In this document: positions 17,095 to 25,332 of the stretch, one piece after another
Layout: every line of letters begins with the position of its first letter
How positions within the stretch are numbered: the stretch's first letter is position 1
From: Polynucleobacter sp. AP-Nino-20-G2
GTDB taxonomy: Bacteria > Pseudomonadota > Gammaproteobacteria > Burkholderiales > Burkholderiaceae
NCBI RefSeq assembly: GCF_018688235.1
Contig: NZ_CP061313.1
Coordinates: 1,622,452-1,654,451 of the forward strand
DNA length: 32,000 nt
Direction: 5' to 3'
Notes under the pieces: generated by a model
Database searches by the model: none
What the model saw: the letters and a program-made list of their open reading frames with translations, nothing else
Told to the model about the DNA's origin: nothing
Program-made: the position numbers and the translations under genes

Positions 17095-17160
17095 ATTTAG
17101 ATCCAATTAACTTATGTGATTATCATTTTATGTCTGAGCTTGTTATTTTTAATAATTTTT

Positions 17161-17194
17161 ATAAACAAAAGCCCCAGCTATCTCTAACTGGGGC
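17161..17194 (-). terminator. Rho-independent terminator after the tRNA
   Basis: Minus strand reads GCCCCAG-TTAGAGATAG-CTGGGGC followed by TTTTGTTTAT, 10 nt after the tRNA CCA end. Confidence 0.8.
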
Positions 17195-17244
17195 TTTGCT
17201 TTTCTGGTGGGCCCACCAGGACTTGAACCTGGGACCAAAGGATT

Positions 17245-17499
17245 CCGGTTTGTGTAGCTTTCACTACTCCCTGGACTATGCCTTCATCATATTGATCGCT
17301 CAACTTAGATGGGTGCCGTCTAGTCTCTACACGTTCAACAATACTTTCGCATTGAAGCTTCGCTCGGCGTTGCCATATTCGTTTAAAACGATTTGTGTAC
17401 TTAGTAGCAAATACAACAATTCGTTTAAACGTCTTTAGGTTTCTCCGAATTTGACACCATCCCTTACACAGTTTCCACGTGTAAGGCACAACTTACGCT
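17245..17499 (-). ncRNA. Group I intron (Azoarcus tRNA-Ile type, IC3-like), 255 nt, no ORF
   Basis: It is inserted right after the anticodon CAU and ends in G. Blocks match my memory of the Azoarcus intron: GTGCC..AAGGGATGGTGTCAAATTCGG.GAAACCTAA, TATGGCAACGCCGAGC, AAGCTTC, GTGTAGAGACTAGACGGCACCCA.CTAAG. There is an 8-bp P2-like stem CCTTACAC/GTGTAAGG with a GAAA-containing loop. Confidence 0.88.
17377..17434 (-). repeat. Two inverted copies of the island palindrome forming a peripheral intron hairpin
   Basis: Minus strand reads GACGTTTAAACGAATTGT...ACAAATCGTTTTAAACGAAT. The arms pair over about 16 bp and lie between the conserved GAAACCTAA and TATGGCAACGCC blocks. Confidence 0.7.
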
Positions 17500-17695
17500 A
17501 TGAGTCCTCTGCTCTAACCAACTGAGCTATAGGCCCTAAAACTTCACATTACTTGCCGCACTACTTCTGCACTCACTAGGCCAGTAATTAGGTCTAAAAA
17601 GTGTAGAAGCACTGTAGAAGCAATTTTTACTACTTTTACTACACTTAACTGCTTGATTTAATTAAGTAATTTTAATAAATCAAAAAACTTAATTA

Positions 17696-17736
17696 GATTA
17701 TGAGTCCTCTGCTCTAACCAACTGAGCTATAGGCCC
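17696..17736 (-). pseudogene. Truncated intron-less 5' fragment of tRNA-Ile(CAU) (positions 1-41)
   Basis: 37/37 nt are identical to exon 1, followed by AATC, the first 4 nt of exon 2, with no intron. Similarity then stops. It starts 14 nt after the rpoD stop. Confidence 0.8.
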
Positions 17737-17749
17737 GTTAGTCTTTGGT

Positions 17750-20290
17750 TCAATCCTCTTCGAGGAAGGTCTTGAGTTTGTCACTGCGACTTGGATGGCG
17801 CATCTTTCTCAGGGCCTTGGCTTCGATCTGACGAATACGCTCACGTGTAACGTCAAACTGCTTACCAACTTCTTCGAGAGTGTGATCTGTACTCATCTCA
17901 ACACCGAAGCGCATACGCAATACTTTTGCTTCGCGCGGTGTTAATGAATCCAATACGTCCTTCACGACATCGCGCATCGAGTCGTGCAATGCAGCTTCAG
18001 CAGGAGCCAATGTATTGTTATCTTCAATGAAATCTCCTAGATTGGAGTCTGCATCATCGCCAATCGGGGTTTCCATGGAGATAGGCTCTTTAGCGATCTT
18101 CATGATCTTGCGAATCTTGTCCTCAGGAATTTCCATCTTGAGCGCCAAGGTTGCGGCATCTGGCTCATGACCAGTTTCTTGCAAGATCTGACGACTAATA
18201 CGATTCATCTTATTGATCGTCTCAATCATATGAACTGGAATGCGGATCGTACGTGCTTGATCAGCAATGGAGCGGGTAATCGCTTGACGAATCCACCAAG
18301 TTGCATAAGTAGAGAACTTGTAACCACGGCGGTATTCAAACTTATCTACCGCCTTCATCAAACCGATATTACCTTCTTGAATTAAGTCCAAGAACTGCAA
18401 ACCACGGTTGGTGTATTTCTTAGCAATCGAGATTACCAAACGTAAGTTGGCTACCGTCATTTCACGCTTTGCTTCACGCGCACGCTTCTCACCCGCGATC
18501 ATTTGCTTGTTCACTTCTTTTAATTCTGGAAGTGGCAATACCACGCGCGTTTGAATATCAATTAACTTCTGTTGCAACTCTTGAATCGCTGGAACGTTAC
18601 GTTGCAATAATGCTGTGTAAGGCTTGTTTTCTTTAAGGAGCTTGGTAGTCCACTCTAGATTCATGGACATCTTTGGGAAGTCTTTCAATACTTCACCACG
18701 ATTTACACCAACTTTATCTACCAACAAGCTCACAATGCCGCGCTCGAGTTTCCATACCTGATCTACCTGTGAACGCATGGTGTCGCATAACTTCTCAACA
18801 CTCTTTGCAGTCAAGCGGAAACCAAGCAATTCGCCACGAATCGCTTCTTGTGCCTTGATATAAGCTGGGCAGTTATAACCCTCTTTATCAAATGCACGGC
18901 GCATCTTGTCAGCCTGGGCACGAACAATCGCAAATTTCTCTAAAGAGATTTGCTTCAACTCTTCTAATTGCTTAGCATTGGCTGTGGCTGCGCCACCGCC
19001 ACCTCCGCCACCACCTTCATCTTCACCGCCATCTTCATCACCCTCTTCGGCATCCGGGTCAACTTCTGGCTCTTCAGGTCCAAGCTTAATATCTTCCGCA
19101 TTTGGATCAACCAATCCGTCTACGAATTGGTCGATCTCCATCTCACCGCTAGCAATCTTGTCTACATTGCCTAAGATCTCAGCGATCGTTACAGGGCAAG
19201 CAGCCAAAGCCATCACCATATCTTTAAGGCCGGCTTCAATCTTCTTCGCAATGACGATCTCGCCTTCGCGAGTCAGCAGGTCTACCGTACCCATTTCGCG
19301 CATATACATACGCACTGGATCGGTTGTACGCCCGAACTCTGAATCCACCGTAGAAAGAGCGGCCTCCGCTTCTTCTTCCGCCTCTTCTTCAGTAGTTGCA
19401 GCAGAAGTATTCTCGTTTAACAAGAGCGTTTCAGCATCAGGAGCTTGCTCGTAAACAGTAATGTTGATGTCGTTCAACAATCCGATCAAAGTCTCTAATG
19501 CGTCAACATCAGACAACTCATCAGACATTACGTCATTCATTTCGCCATGAGTTAAGTAACCCTTGGACTTACCCATCTTGATCAATGTCTTCAGACGAGT
19601 ACGACGCAACTCTTGCTGCTCTTCAGAACCTAATTGTTGCGCTGCGAATTCTTTTAGAAGTGCTTTTTCTTTTGCCTTACGCTCGCGCGCTTTCTGACGA
19701 TCCGTCAATACTGGCTCAGCACCTTCCGCAGGTGCATCAGCCTTTGGCTTGCGACCCTTTTTAACTTCCTCAGTAGCGACCGCTTCGACATCAACTTCAA
19801 CTTCCGCAGCTTTTTTGCCTTTGGTTTCTTTAACTTCTTTTGCAGGTTTTGCTTCCTTCACCACCTCAGCTTTGGGCGCCGCAGCCTTACCTTTTTTAGG
19901 AGCTTCAACTTTCTCAGCCTTCGCTGGCGCCTTTGCAGGAGCCTTAGCAACCGGCTTGGCAGGCGCTTTAGCTGGCTTAGCAGCAGCCTTAACTGGCTTG
20001 GATGGTGTTTTCGCTTTCGCTACTGGTTTAGCTGGAGCCTTTGCTTTCGGTGCTGGTTTTGCTGGCGCTTTAGCTGGCTTGGCTGGTGTTTTCGCTTTCG
20101 CTACTGGTTTAGCTGGAGCCTTTGCTTTCGGTGCTGGTTTTGCTGGCACTTTAGCTGGCTTAGCAGCAGCCTTAACTGGCTTGGCTGGTGTTTTCGCTTT
20201 CGCTACTGGTTTAGCTGGAGCCTTTGCTTTTGCTACTGGCTTCGCTGCTGCCTTGACTGGTTTAGCTGGTTTTTTCTTGATATTTGGCAT
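17750..20290 (-). CDS. rpoD: RNA polymerase primary sigma factor RpoD with a ~230-aa Lys/Ala/Pro-rich N-terminal extension
   Basis: Regions 2-4 are canonical ([57 protein letters not shown]). The N-terminus is made of [13 protein letters not shown]-type repeats. Confidence 0.97.
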   Translation of the reverse strand: MPNIKKKPAKPVKAAAKPVAKAKAPAKPVAKAKTPAKPVKAAAKPAKVPAKPAPKAKAPAKPVAKAKTPAKPAKAPAKPAPKAKAPAKPVAKAKTPSKPVKAAAKPAKAPAKPVAKAPAKAPAKAEKVEAPKKGKAAAPKAEVVKEAKPAKEVKETKGKKAAEVEVDVEAVATEEVKKGRKPKADAPAEGAEPVLTDRQKARERKAKEKALLKEFAAQQLGSEEQQELRRTRLKTLIKMGKSKGYLTHGEMNDVMSDELSDVDALETLIGLLNDINITVYEQAPDAETLLLNENTSAATTEEEAEEEAEAALSTVDSEFGRTTDPVRMYMREMGTVDLLTREGEIVIAKKIEAGLKDMVMALAACPVTIAEILGNVDKIASGEMEIDQFVDGLVDPNAEDIKLGPEEPEVDPDAEEGDEDGGEDEGGGGGGGGAATANAKQLEELKQISLEKFAIVRAQADKMRRAFDKEGYNCPAYIKAQEAIRGELLGFRLTAKSVEKLCDTMRSQVDQVWKLERGIVSLLVDKVGVNRGEVLKDFPKMSMNLEWTTKLLKENKPYTALLQRNVPAIQELQQKLIDIQTRVVLPLPELKEVNKQMIAGEKRAREAKREMTVANLRLVISIAKKYTNRGLQFLDLIQEGNIGLMKAVDKFEYRRGYKFSTYATWWIRQAITRSIADQARTIRIPVHMIETINKMNRISRQILQETGHEPDAATLALKMEIPEDKIRKIMKIAKEPISMETPIGDDADSNLGDFIEDNNTLAPAEAALHDSMRDVVKDVLDSLTPREAKVLRMRFGVEMSTDHTLEEVGKQFDVTRERIRQIEAKALRKMRHPSRSDKLKTFLEED
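19960..20250. repeat. Coding tandem repeat (81- and 102-nt units) inside the rpoD 5' region
   Basis: GGTGTTTTCGCTTTCGCTACTGGTTTAGCTGGAGCCTTTGCTTTCGGTGCTGGTTTTGCTGGC recurs at 20004 and 20085. A third unit starts at 20187 and shares its first 44 nt before diverging. Confidence 0.85.
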
Positions 20291-20514
20291 TTATTAGCAC
20301 TTACTCACATTACTGATGATTGATCTCAGCTGATTAAAAACAGCCTCGTTGTCCACTTGCCCCAAATTTCTACAAAATAAAGCGCAAGTGGCTGAATTAA
20401 TTCGGTTTTTTTCTGGGAATAGAGGATTATAGTCGATTGCGACTTTTTCACCCCTCCTATTGCTAAAAATATGGGGTAAATTTCGGGTTTTTCTAGAGCT
20501 AAATCAGAAAAAAC

Positions 20515-22464
20515 TTAAGAGAATTTCAGTCTTTCGCCCAATTCACGATATCGAGCTCGATCCTGCTCTGTAGCAGTACTTGCTGCAATCTTTTGAGCGA
20601 TTTCGGTCATTTCGGTTTTGAGGTGGTTTAGTTCGAGCTTTTTGAAGGCACCTTCCAGGTCAGCAACCGCCCCCTCGAGATCGAGATCAGAACCCATTAC
20701 CCGCTTTCGGAGAACTTCATACAAAGGGGCTAACTCACTGCGAGATAGCTGCTCCTGAAACAAGGCAAATGCACCAGCACCCACTGTAGGGGGTTTTCCA
20801 TTCTCGCCAGGAATTAACTCCACCAAATCACATTGGGCCAATAGATCTTTCATTAATTCCAATGCTTTTGCAGAGCGCAACTCCGATGCCTGCAATGCCA
20901 AAGCTCGCTTATTGGGATCCAAGGCTTTACCCAAATGCGGAAACTGAATCAACACTCGCAACATCTGCTCCGCTAAATCAGTTGGCGCTTGAGGGGGTGC
21001 GATATTTTGTATGGCCACCCTTTTCGCTGAGCCTTTGGATGTTTGCCAAGGAGCGCCCTGCGTTCGATTACCCGAATTCGCCTGAACAAAATTGGGCGCG
21101 CGTTGATTGACATTCGAATAAGACCCCTGTTGAACTGGAGCAGGCACTACAGTCAATCCACAGAAAGCCTCTAGTTCGGACGGGGTGGAGTTCGTGCGTA
21201 TCGCCAGCTCTCGCAAGATTTGCGTACGCAAAGCAATCGGCGGCATTGACAACAACAAAGGCTTGGCCGCATGGTGGGTTTGCGCCCTACCTTCAGGCGT
21301 AGTGAGCTCATGCCCTTGACTGACGATCTTGAAAAAGAAGCTTGAAAGTGACATCGCCTCTTTGATGACTTTCTCAAATGCAGGCGCACCATAGGCACGA
21401 ACATAACTATCAGGATCATGCTCTGTGGGCAAAAAGAGGAAGCGAATTTCCTTGTCATCCGACATCAAGGGCAAGCAGGCTTCAAGTGCGCGTTGCGCGG
21501 CACGCTGACCAGCTGAGTCACCATCAAATGAGAAAACAATGCGATCCGTTTGACGCAACAACATACGGACGTGATTCGCAGTACAGGCAGTACCCAATGT
21601 TGCCACTGCATTAGGGAAACCCAATTGCGCCAGCGCGACAACATCCATATAACCTTCACATACCAAGACATACTCTTGCGCACGAATCGCTTGTCTTGCT
21701 TCGAATAAACCGTAAAGCGTATTGCCCTTAGAGAACAGCGGGGTCTCGGGAGAATTTAAATACTTTGGCTCACCTTGATCCAAGATCCGTCCACCAAAGC
21801 CAATCGTTTGACCTTTTGGATTGCGAATCGGAAACATAATCCGGTCACGAAAGCGATCGTAGCGTCTAGCTGTTTGATTGCCCTCGCTTTGCTCGCTCTG
21901 AATGAGTAAGCCACCCTCTAATAAAGTCTTAGCCACTTCATCGTTGGCATAAGTACCAAAAACTGCTTCAAGACCTTGCCAACCATCGGGTGCGTAACCT
22001 AGCGCATAGCGCTTCGCTATCTCACCAGTCAAGCCACGACCTTTGAGATACTCCACTGCGCGCGGGGCAACTTTCAGTTGCTGGCGATACCAATCTGCAG
22101 CAGCGCTCATCACCTCACTTAAAGCCATCGTCTGCTGTTGGCGCGCCACATCATTTGCGGTGCGCTCTTCGCGAGGAACATCTAAGCCAGCAGAGCGAGC
22201 CAAATCTTCAATAGCATCTACATAACCAAGGCCGGAGTACTCCATGAGAAAGCTGATGGCTGATCCATGTGCTCCACAGCCAAAGCAGTGATAAAACTGT
22301 TTGGTTGGCGAAACTGAAAATGAAGGAGACTTCTCTGAATGAAAGGGGCACAAACCTTGATAGTTCGCACCCGCTTTTTTTAACTTCACGTGCTGCCCAA
22401 CCACATCCACGATGTCAACCCGATTTAATAAATCGGCAATGAAGGATTGAGGAATGAGAGCCAT
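20515..22464 (-). CDS. dnaG: DNA primase DnaG (start moved from TTG 22470 to ATG 22464)
   Basis: Zn-finger CPFHSEKSPSFSVSPTKQFYHCFGCGAHG, TOPRIM EGYMDV and DGDSAGQRAA. It sits in the rpsU-dnaG-rpoD context. Confidence 0.95.
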   Translation of the reverse strand: MALIPQSFIADLLNRVDIVDVVGQHVKLKKAGANYQGLCPFHSEKSPSFSVSPTKQFYHCFGCGAHGSAISFLMEYSGLGYVDAIEDLARSAGLDVPREERTANDVARQQQTMALSEVMSAAADWYRQQLKVAPRAVEYLKGRGLTGEIAKRYALGYAPDGWQGLEAVFGTYANDEVAKTLLEGGLLIQSEQSEGNQTARRYDRFRDRIMFPIRNPKGQTIGFGGRILDQGEPKYLNSPETPLFSKGNTLYGLFEARQAIRAQEYVLVCEGYMDVVALAQLGFPNAVATLGTACTANHVRMLLRQTDRIVFSFDGDSAGQRAAQRALEACLPLMSDDKEIRFLFLPTEHDPDSYVRAYGAPAFEKVIKEAMSLSSFFFKIVSQGHELTTPEGRAQTHHAAKPLLLSMPPIALRTQILRELAIRTNSTPSELEAFCGLTVVPAPVQQGSYSNVNQRAPNFVQANSGNRTQGAPWQTSKGSAKRVAIQNIAPPQAPTDLAEQMLRVLIQFPHLGKALDPNKRALALQASELRSAKALELMKDLLAQCDLVELIPGENGKPPTVGAGAFALFQEQLSRSELAPLYEVLRKRVMGSDLDLEGAVADLEGAFKKLELNHLKTEMTEIAQKIAASTATEQDRARYRELGERLKFS

Positions 22465-22499
22465 CAGCAATCGATGAGGCTTAAGAAACGATCGCTAGC

Positions 22500-22946
22500 T
22501 TATTTGGCAAGCGCGGCTTTCACAAGCCCAGAGACTTTGCCCATGTCAGCTTTACCAGCTAGCTGACCCTTTAATACACCAATGACTTTACCCATATCTT
22601 GCGGACCAGATGCACCAGTCGAGGCAACTGCTGCAGCAACCGCCGCTTCCACTTCAGCATCAGACAATTGTGCCGGCAAGTACGTTTGCAAGATCGTCAT
22701 TTCGGCAGCTTCAACAGCAACCAAATCATCGCGACCCGCTTTTTCAAATTGAGAGATGGAGTCTTTACGCTGCTTGATCATTTTTTCAATAGTCGAAATG
22801 ATGCCGGCATCATCAACCACAATACGTTCATCCACTTCTCGTTGCTTGATGGCTGCCAATAAAAGGCGAATTGTTCCAAGGCGCGCGACTTCTTTTGCAC
22901 GCATGGCATTTTTCATATCTTCAGTGATTTGATCTTTAAGGCTCAT
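22500..22946 (-). CDS. yqeY: GatB/YqeY domain protein
   Basis: 148 aa. MSLKDQITEDMKNAMRAKE..RLGTIRLLLAAIKQ is typical of YqeY. AGGAG SD. Confidence 0.9.
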   Translation of the reverse strand: MSLKDQITEDMKNAMRAKEVARLGTIRLLLAAIKQREVDERIVVDDAGIISTIEKMIKQRKDSISQFEKAGRDDLVAVEAAEMTILQTYLPAQLSDAEVEAAVAAAVASTGASGPQDMGKVIGVLKGQLAGKADMGKVSGLVKAALAK

Positions 22947-23013
22947 GAGATTTACTCCTAATCTGCGTAAGATAATTTCTTGGTTCAGTGTATTGGCTTT
23001 TTGGTAACAACTT

Positions 23014-23050
23014 AAAAAGCAAAAACCCGCTGCGTTTCACCGTCAGCGGG
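23014..23050 (-). terminator. Rho-independent terminator/attenuator after rpsU
   Basis: Minus strand reads CCCGCTG-ACGGTGAAACG-CAGCGGG followed by TTTTTGCTTTTT. Confidence 0.8.
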
Positions 23051-23088
23051 TTTCAAAGCCTCTCGGTGAGGAGAGCTTTTAAATTCGA

Positions 23089-23301
23089 TTAGTAAAGCTT
23101 CTTAGGCAACATTTGGCTGCGGATACGCTTGTAATGGCGTTTAGCAGCTGCTGCCTTCTTACGCTTACGTTCAGCCGTTGGCTTCTCGTAAAACTCGCGG
23201 GCACGCAAGTCGGTCAATAGACCATTTTTTTCAATGGTGCGCTTGAAACGGCGTAATGCCACTTCAAAAGGTTCGTTCTCACGTAGGCGGACTGTAGTCA
23301 T
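23089..23301 (-). CDS. rpsU: 30S ribosomal protein S21
   Basis: 70 aa, [25 protein letters not shown]. Confidence 0.95.
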   Translation of the reverse strand: MTTVRLRENEPFEVALRRFKRTIEKNGLLTDLRAREFYEKPTAERKRKKAAAAKRHYKRIRSQMLPKKLY

Positions 23302-23378
23302 ACTTGTTTAACTCGTATATGCTCGAAAAATATCGAAAAATTAACTGAATCACGGATTCTAGCACGACCAAACCAAAA

Positions 23379-24452
23379 ATGATTGTTTTAGGCATAGAAA
23401 CTTCTTGCGATGAGACTGGGGTGGCTTTATACAACACCACCCCCTGGGAAAACCGCGCCCCAGCCCACCAGGGCATCTTAGGACAGGCTTTGCACTCCCA
23501 GATAGCCATGCACCGAGATTATGGGGGCGTAGTCCCCGAATTAGCCTCTAGAGACCATATTCGGCGCGTTTTACCCCTTCTAGATGAAGCCTTGCATGAA
23601 TCCAAGCTCCAATTAAAAGATATTGATGCGGTGGCCTACACCCAAGGGCCCGGGCTGGCTGGCGCCCTCCTAGTGGGTAGCGCTTTTGCCAAATCCCTCG
23701 CACAAGGCCTCAATTTGCCCTCTATCGGGGTGCACCACCTTGAAGGACACTTACTTTCCCCGCTTTTAGGGGCCTCAGCACCAGAATTTCCCTTCATCGC
23801 CCTCTTGGTCTCTGGCGGCCATACGCAGCTCATGCTGGTGAGTGGCGTTGGTAAATACCAACTTCTCGGTGAAACCTTAGATGATGCCGCTGGTGAGGCC
23901 TTTGATAAAACTGCCAAATTGCTCGGTTTGGACTACCCTGGGGGTGCCGCCATATCCAAACTGGCAGAACGGGGGCAGTCTGGGCGGTTCGAGCTTCCCA
24001 AGCCAATGCTCCATTCTGGCGATCTTGATTTTTCTTTCTCGGGACTCAAAACGGCAGTCCTGAACCAAGTGAAAAAGTTTGAAGCCCTCAGCATTTCTGA
24101 TGCAACTGAAATTGCGACATTCCATGCGGATTTAGCGAGAAGCTTTGTGGACTCTTTGGTAGCAGTATTGGAGAGTAAATCAGAAAAAGCACTCAAGCAA
24201 ACTGGCTGCAAACATCTAGTACTTGCAGGAGGTGTTGGAGCAAATCTGCAATTACGCTCAGCCCTCAATGCCAGCGCCAAAAAGAATCGATTTGAAGTGC
24301 ATTACCCGCCGATAGATCTTTGCACGGATAACGGCGTCATGATTGCATTCGCTGGGGCGCTACGCATGCTAGCCGAGAACAACGGTTCTACAAAATCAGG
24401 AGCATTTGATATCAAACCCCGTTGGGATTTGGCTAGCAATAACCTCGCTTAA
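23379..24452 (+). CDS. tsaD: tRNA N6-adenosine threonylcarbamoyltransferase TsaD
   Basis: [23 protein letters not shown] and SGGHTQL motifs. It is divergent from rpsU, as in E. coli. Confidence 0.95.
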   Translation: MIVLGIETSCDETGVALYNTTPWENRAPAHQGILGQALHSQIAMHRDYGGVVPELASRDHIRRVLPLLDEALHESKLQLKDIDAVAYTQGPGLAGALLVGSAFAKSLAQGLNLPSIGVHHLEGHLLSPLLGASAPEFPFIALLVSGGHTQLMLVSGVGKYQLLGETLDDAAGEAFDKTAKLLGLDYPGGAAISKLAERGQSGRFELPKPMLHSGDLDFSFSGLKTAVLNQVKKFEALSISDATEIATFHADLARSFVDSLVAVLESKSEKALKQTGCKHLVLAGGVGANLQLRSALNASAKKNRFEVHYPPIDLCTDNGVMIAFAGALRMLAENNGSTKSGAFDIKPRWDLASNNLA

Positions 24453-24479
24453 GAATTTTCTTAAGCACTTTTGGTGGAA

Positions 24480-25307
24480 TTACTTGCTGAGACTAATCTT
24501 GGCGTAAGCGCTGTGATTGTGAATAGACTCAAAGTTCTCAGCCTCAACCACCAAGGACAGAATACGTTGATCGCCCTTGAGTTGACCGGCGACATCGCGC
24601 ACCAAATCTTCCACAAACTTCGGATTATCGTAAGCCCGCTCGGTAACCCACTTCTCATCAGGGCGCTTGAGTAAGCCCCACAACTCACTAGAAGCCTGGC
24701 TCTCAGCAGCAAGCACTAAATCTTCCACTGTCATTTTGGTTTGCGGGTCTAAGGTCACAGACATCGTGACATGCGAACGTTGATTGTGCGCACCGTACTC
24801 AGAAATTTCTTTGGAGCAAGGACACAAACTCATCACCGGGACTAAGGCGCGCAAGTTCAACTCAACATCGATTTCACCGGAAACAGCTTGTTTGGCTTTA
24901 GCCATCCAAGTCACTTCGTAATCCATCAGACTCTCCACACCAGATACCGGAGCTGTCTTTTTAACGAAATGCGTGTAAGTAAATTGGATACGACCTTCAG
25001 TGGCATTAAGCAATGGCAACATCGCCTTGACCATCGCCACAACTGCGGCACTATCAATAGGGGTTTTTTGATCCTGTAACAAGGCAATGAAACGCGACAT
25101 GTGCGTCCCCTTGATATGCGCTGGCAAAGCCACATCCATCTCAAAATTACCTACCGCCGGAAACTCACCAGCCTTTGTGCGAATGATGAGTGGGTGACGT
25201 AAACCACGAATACCAACCTGCTCAATCGGCAATGCGCGCTCATCGTGAGATGACTGCACATCTGGCATTGATTGAGGTTTCAAAAAGGCGGTATTGATAT
25301 CGTTCAT
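24480..25307 (-). CDS. folE2: GTP cyclohydrolase FolE2 (type IB); start moved from TTG 25325 to ATG 25307
   Basis: MPDVQSS...LPIEQVGIRGLRHPL and SLCPCSKEISEYGAHNQRS are typical FolE2 motifs. Confidence 0.9.
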   Translation of the reverse strand: MNDINTAFLKPQSMPDVQSSHDERALPIEQVGIRGLRHPLIIRTKAGEFPAVGNFEMDVALPAHIKGTHMSRFIALLQDQKTPIDSAAVVAMVKAMLPLLNATEGRIQFTYTHFVKKTAPVSGVESLMDYEVTWMAKAKQAVSGEIDVELNLRALVPVMSLCPCSKEISEYGAHNQRSHVTMSVTLDPQTKMTVEDLVLAAESQASSELWGLLKRPDEKWVTERAYDNPKFVEDLVRDVAGQLKGDQRILSLVVEAENFESIHNHSAYAKISLSK

Positions 25308-25332
25308 CACTCTATTTTCAGGCAAAAATGAC

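Larger units (their letters stand above)
17205..17536 (-). tRNA. ileX: tRNA-Ile(CAU) (ileX-type, lysidine tRNA) interrupted by a group I intron
   Basis: Exon 1 (17500-17536) is GGGCCTATAGCTCAGTTGGTTAGAGCAGAGGACTCAT. Exon 2 (17205-17244) is AATCCTTTGGTCCCAGGTTCAAGTCCTGGTGGGCCCACCA. Joined, they give a 77-nt cloverleaf with anticodon CAT, C4-G69/C5-G68 and T-loop TTCAAGT, as in E. coli ileX. Confidence 0.9.
4935..17695. mobile_element. Integrative genomic island (mosaic; left boundary uncertain)
   Basis: It contains a tRNA-associated integrase, a second recombinase, plasmid/ICE-type genes, mostly orphan ORFs and shared private repeats. It lies between aioBA and the rpoD-proximal tRNA fragment. 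Confidence 0.6.

Noticed and set aside
17130-17489. ORFs 17130-17438 (+) and 17184-17489 (-) overlapping the tRNA exon, terminator and intron; a possible intron-encoded homing endonuclease.
   Set aside because: They span the structural RNA core, exon 2 and the terminator hairpin. They have no LAGLIDADG, GIY-YIG or HNH motif, and 255 nt is too small for an endonuclease insert.
19960-20250. Regularly spaced 81-102-nt repeats that could be mistaken for a CRISPR-like array.
   Set aside because: The units are contiguous, in frame and encode the RpoD KAP repeats. There are no unique spacers and no cas genes.
18906-20297. Two 182-aa plus-strand ORFs (18906-19454, 19749-20297) antisense to rpoD, the latter an Ala/Gly/Phe-rich repeat protein.
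   Set aside because: They are mirror images of the low-complexity and repeat-coding rpoD sequence. They have no SD and lie entirely inside a highly conserved gene.
22470-22500. AAACGATCGCTAG between dnaG and yqeY, which resembles a half-site of the island palindrome.
   Set aside because: Only about 7 nt match and there is no second arm. This is compatible with chance in a core intergenic spacer.
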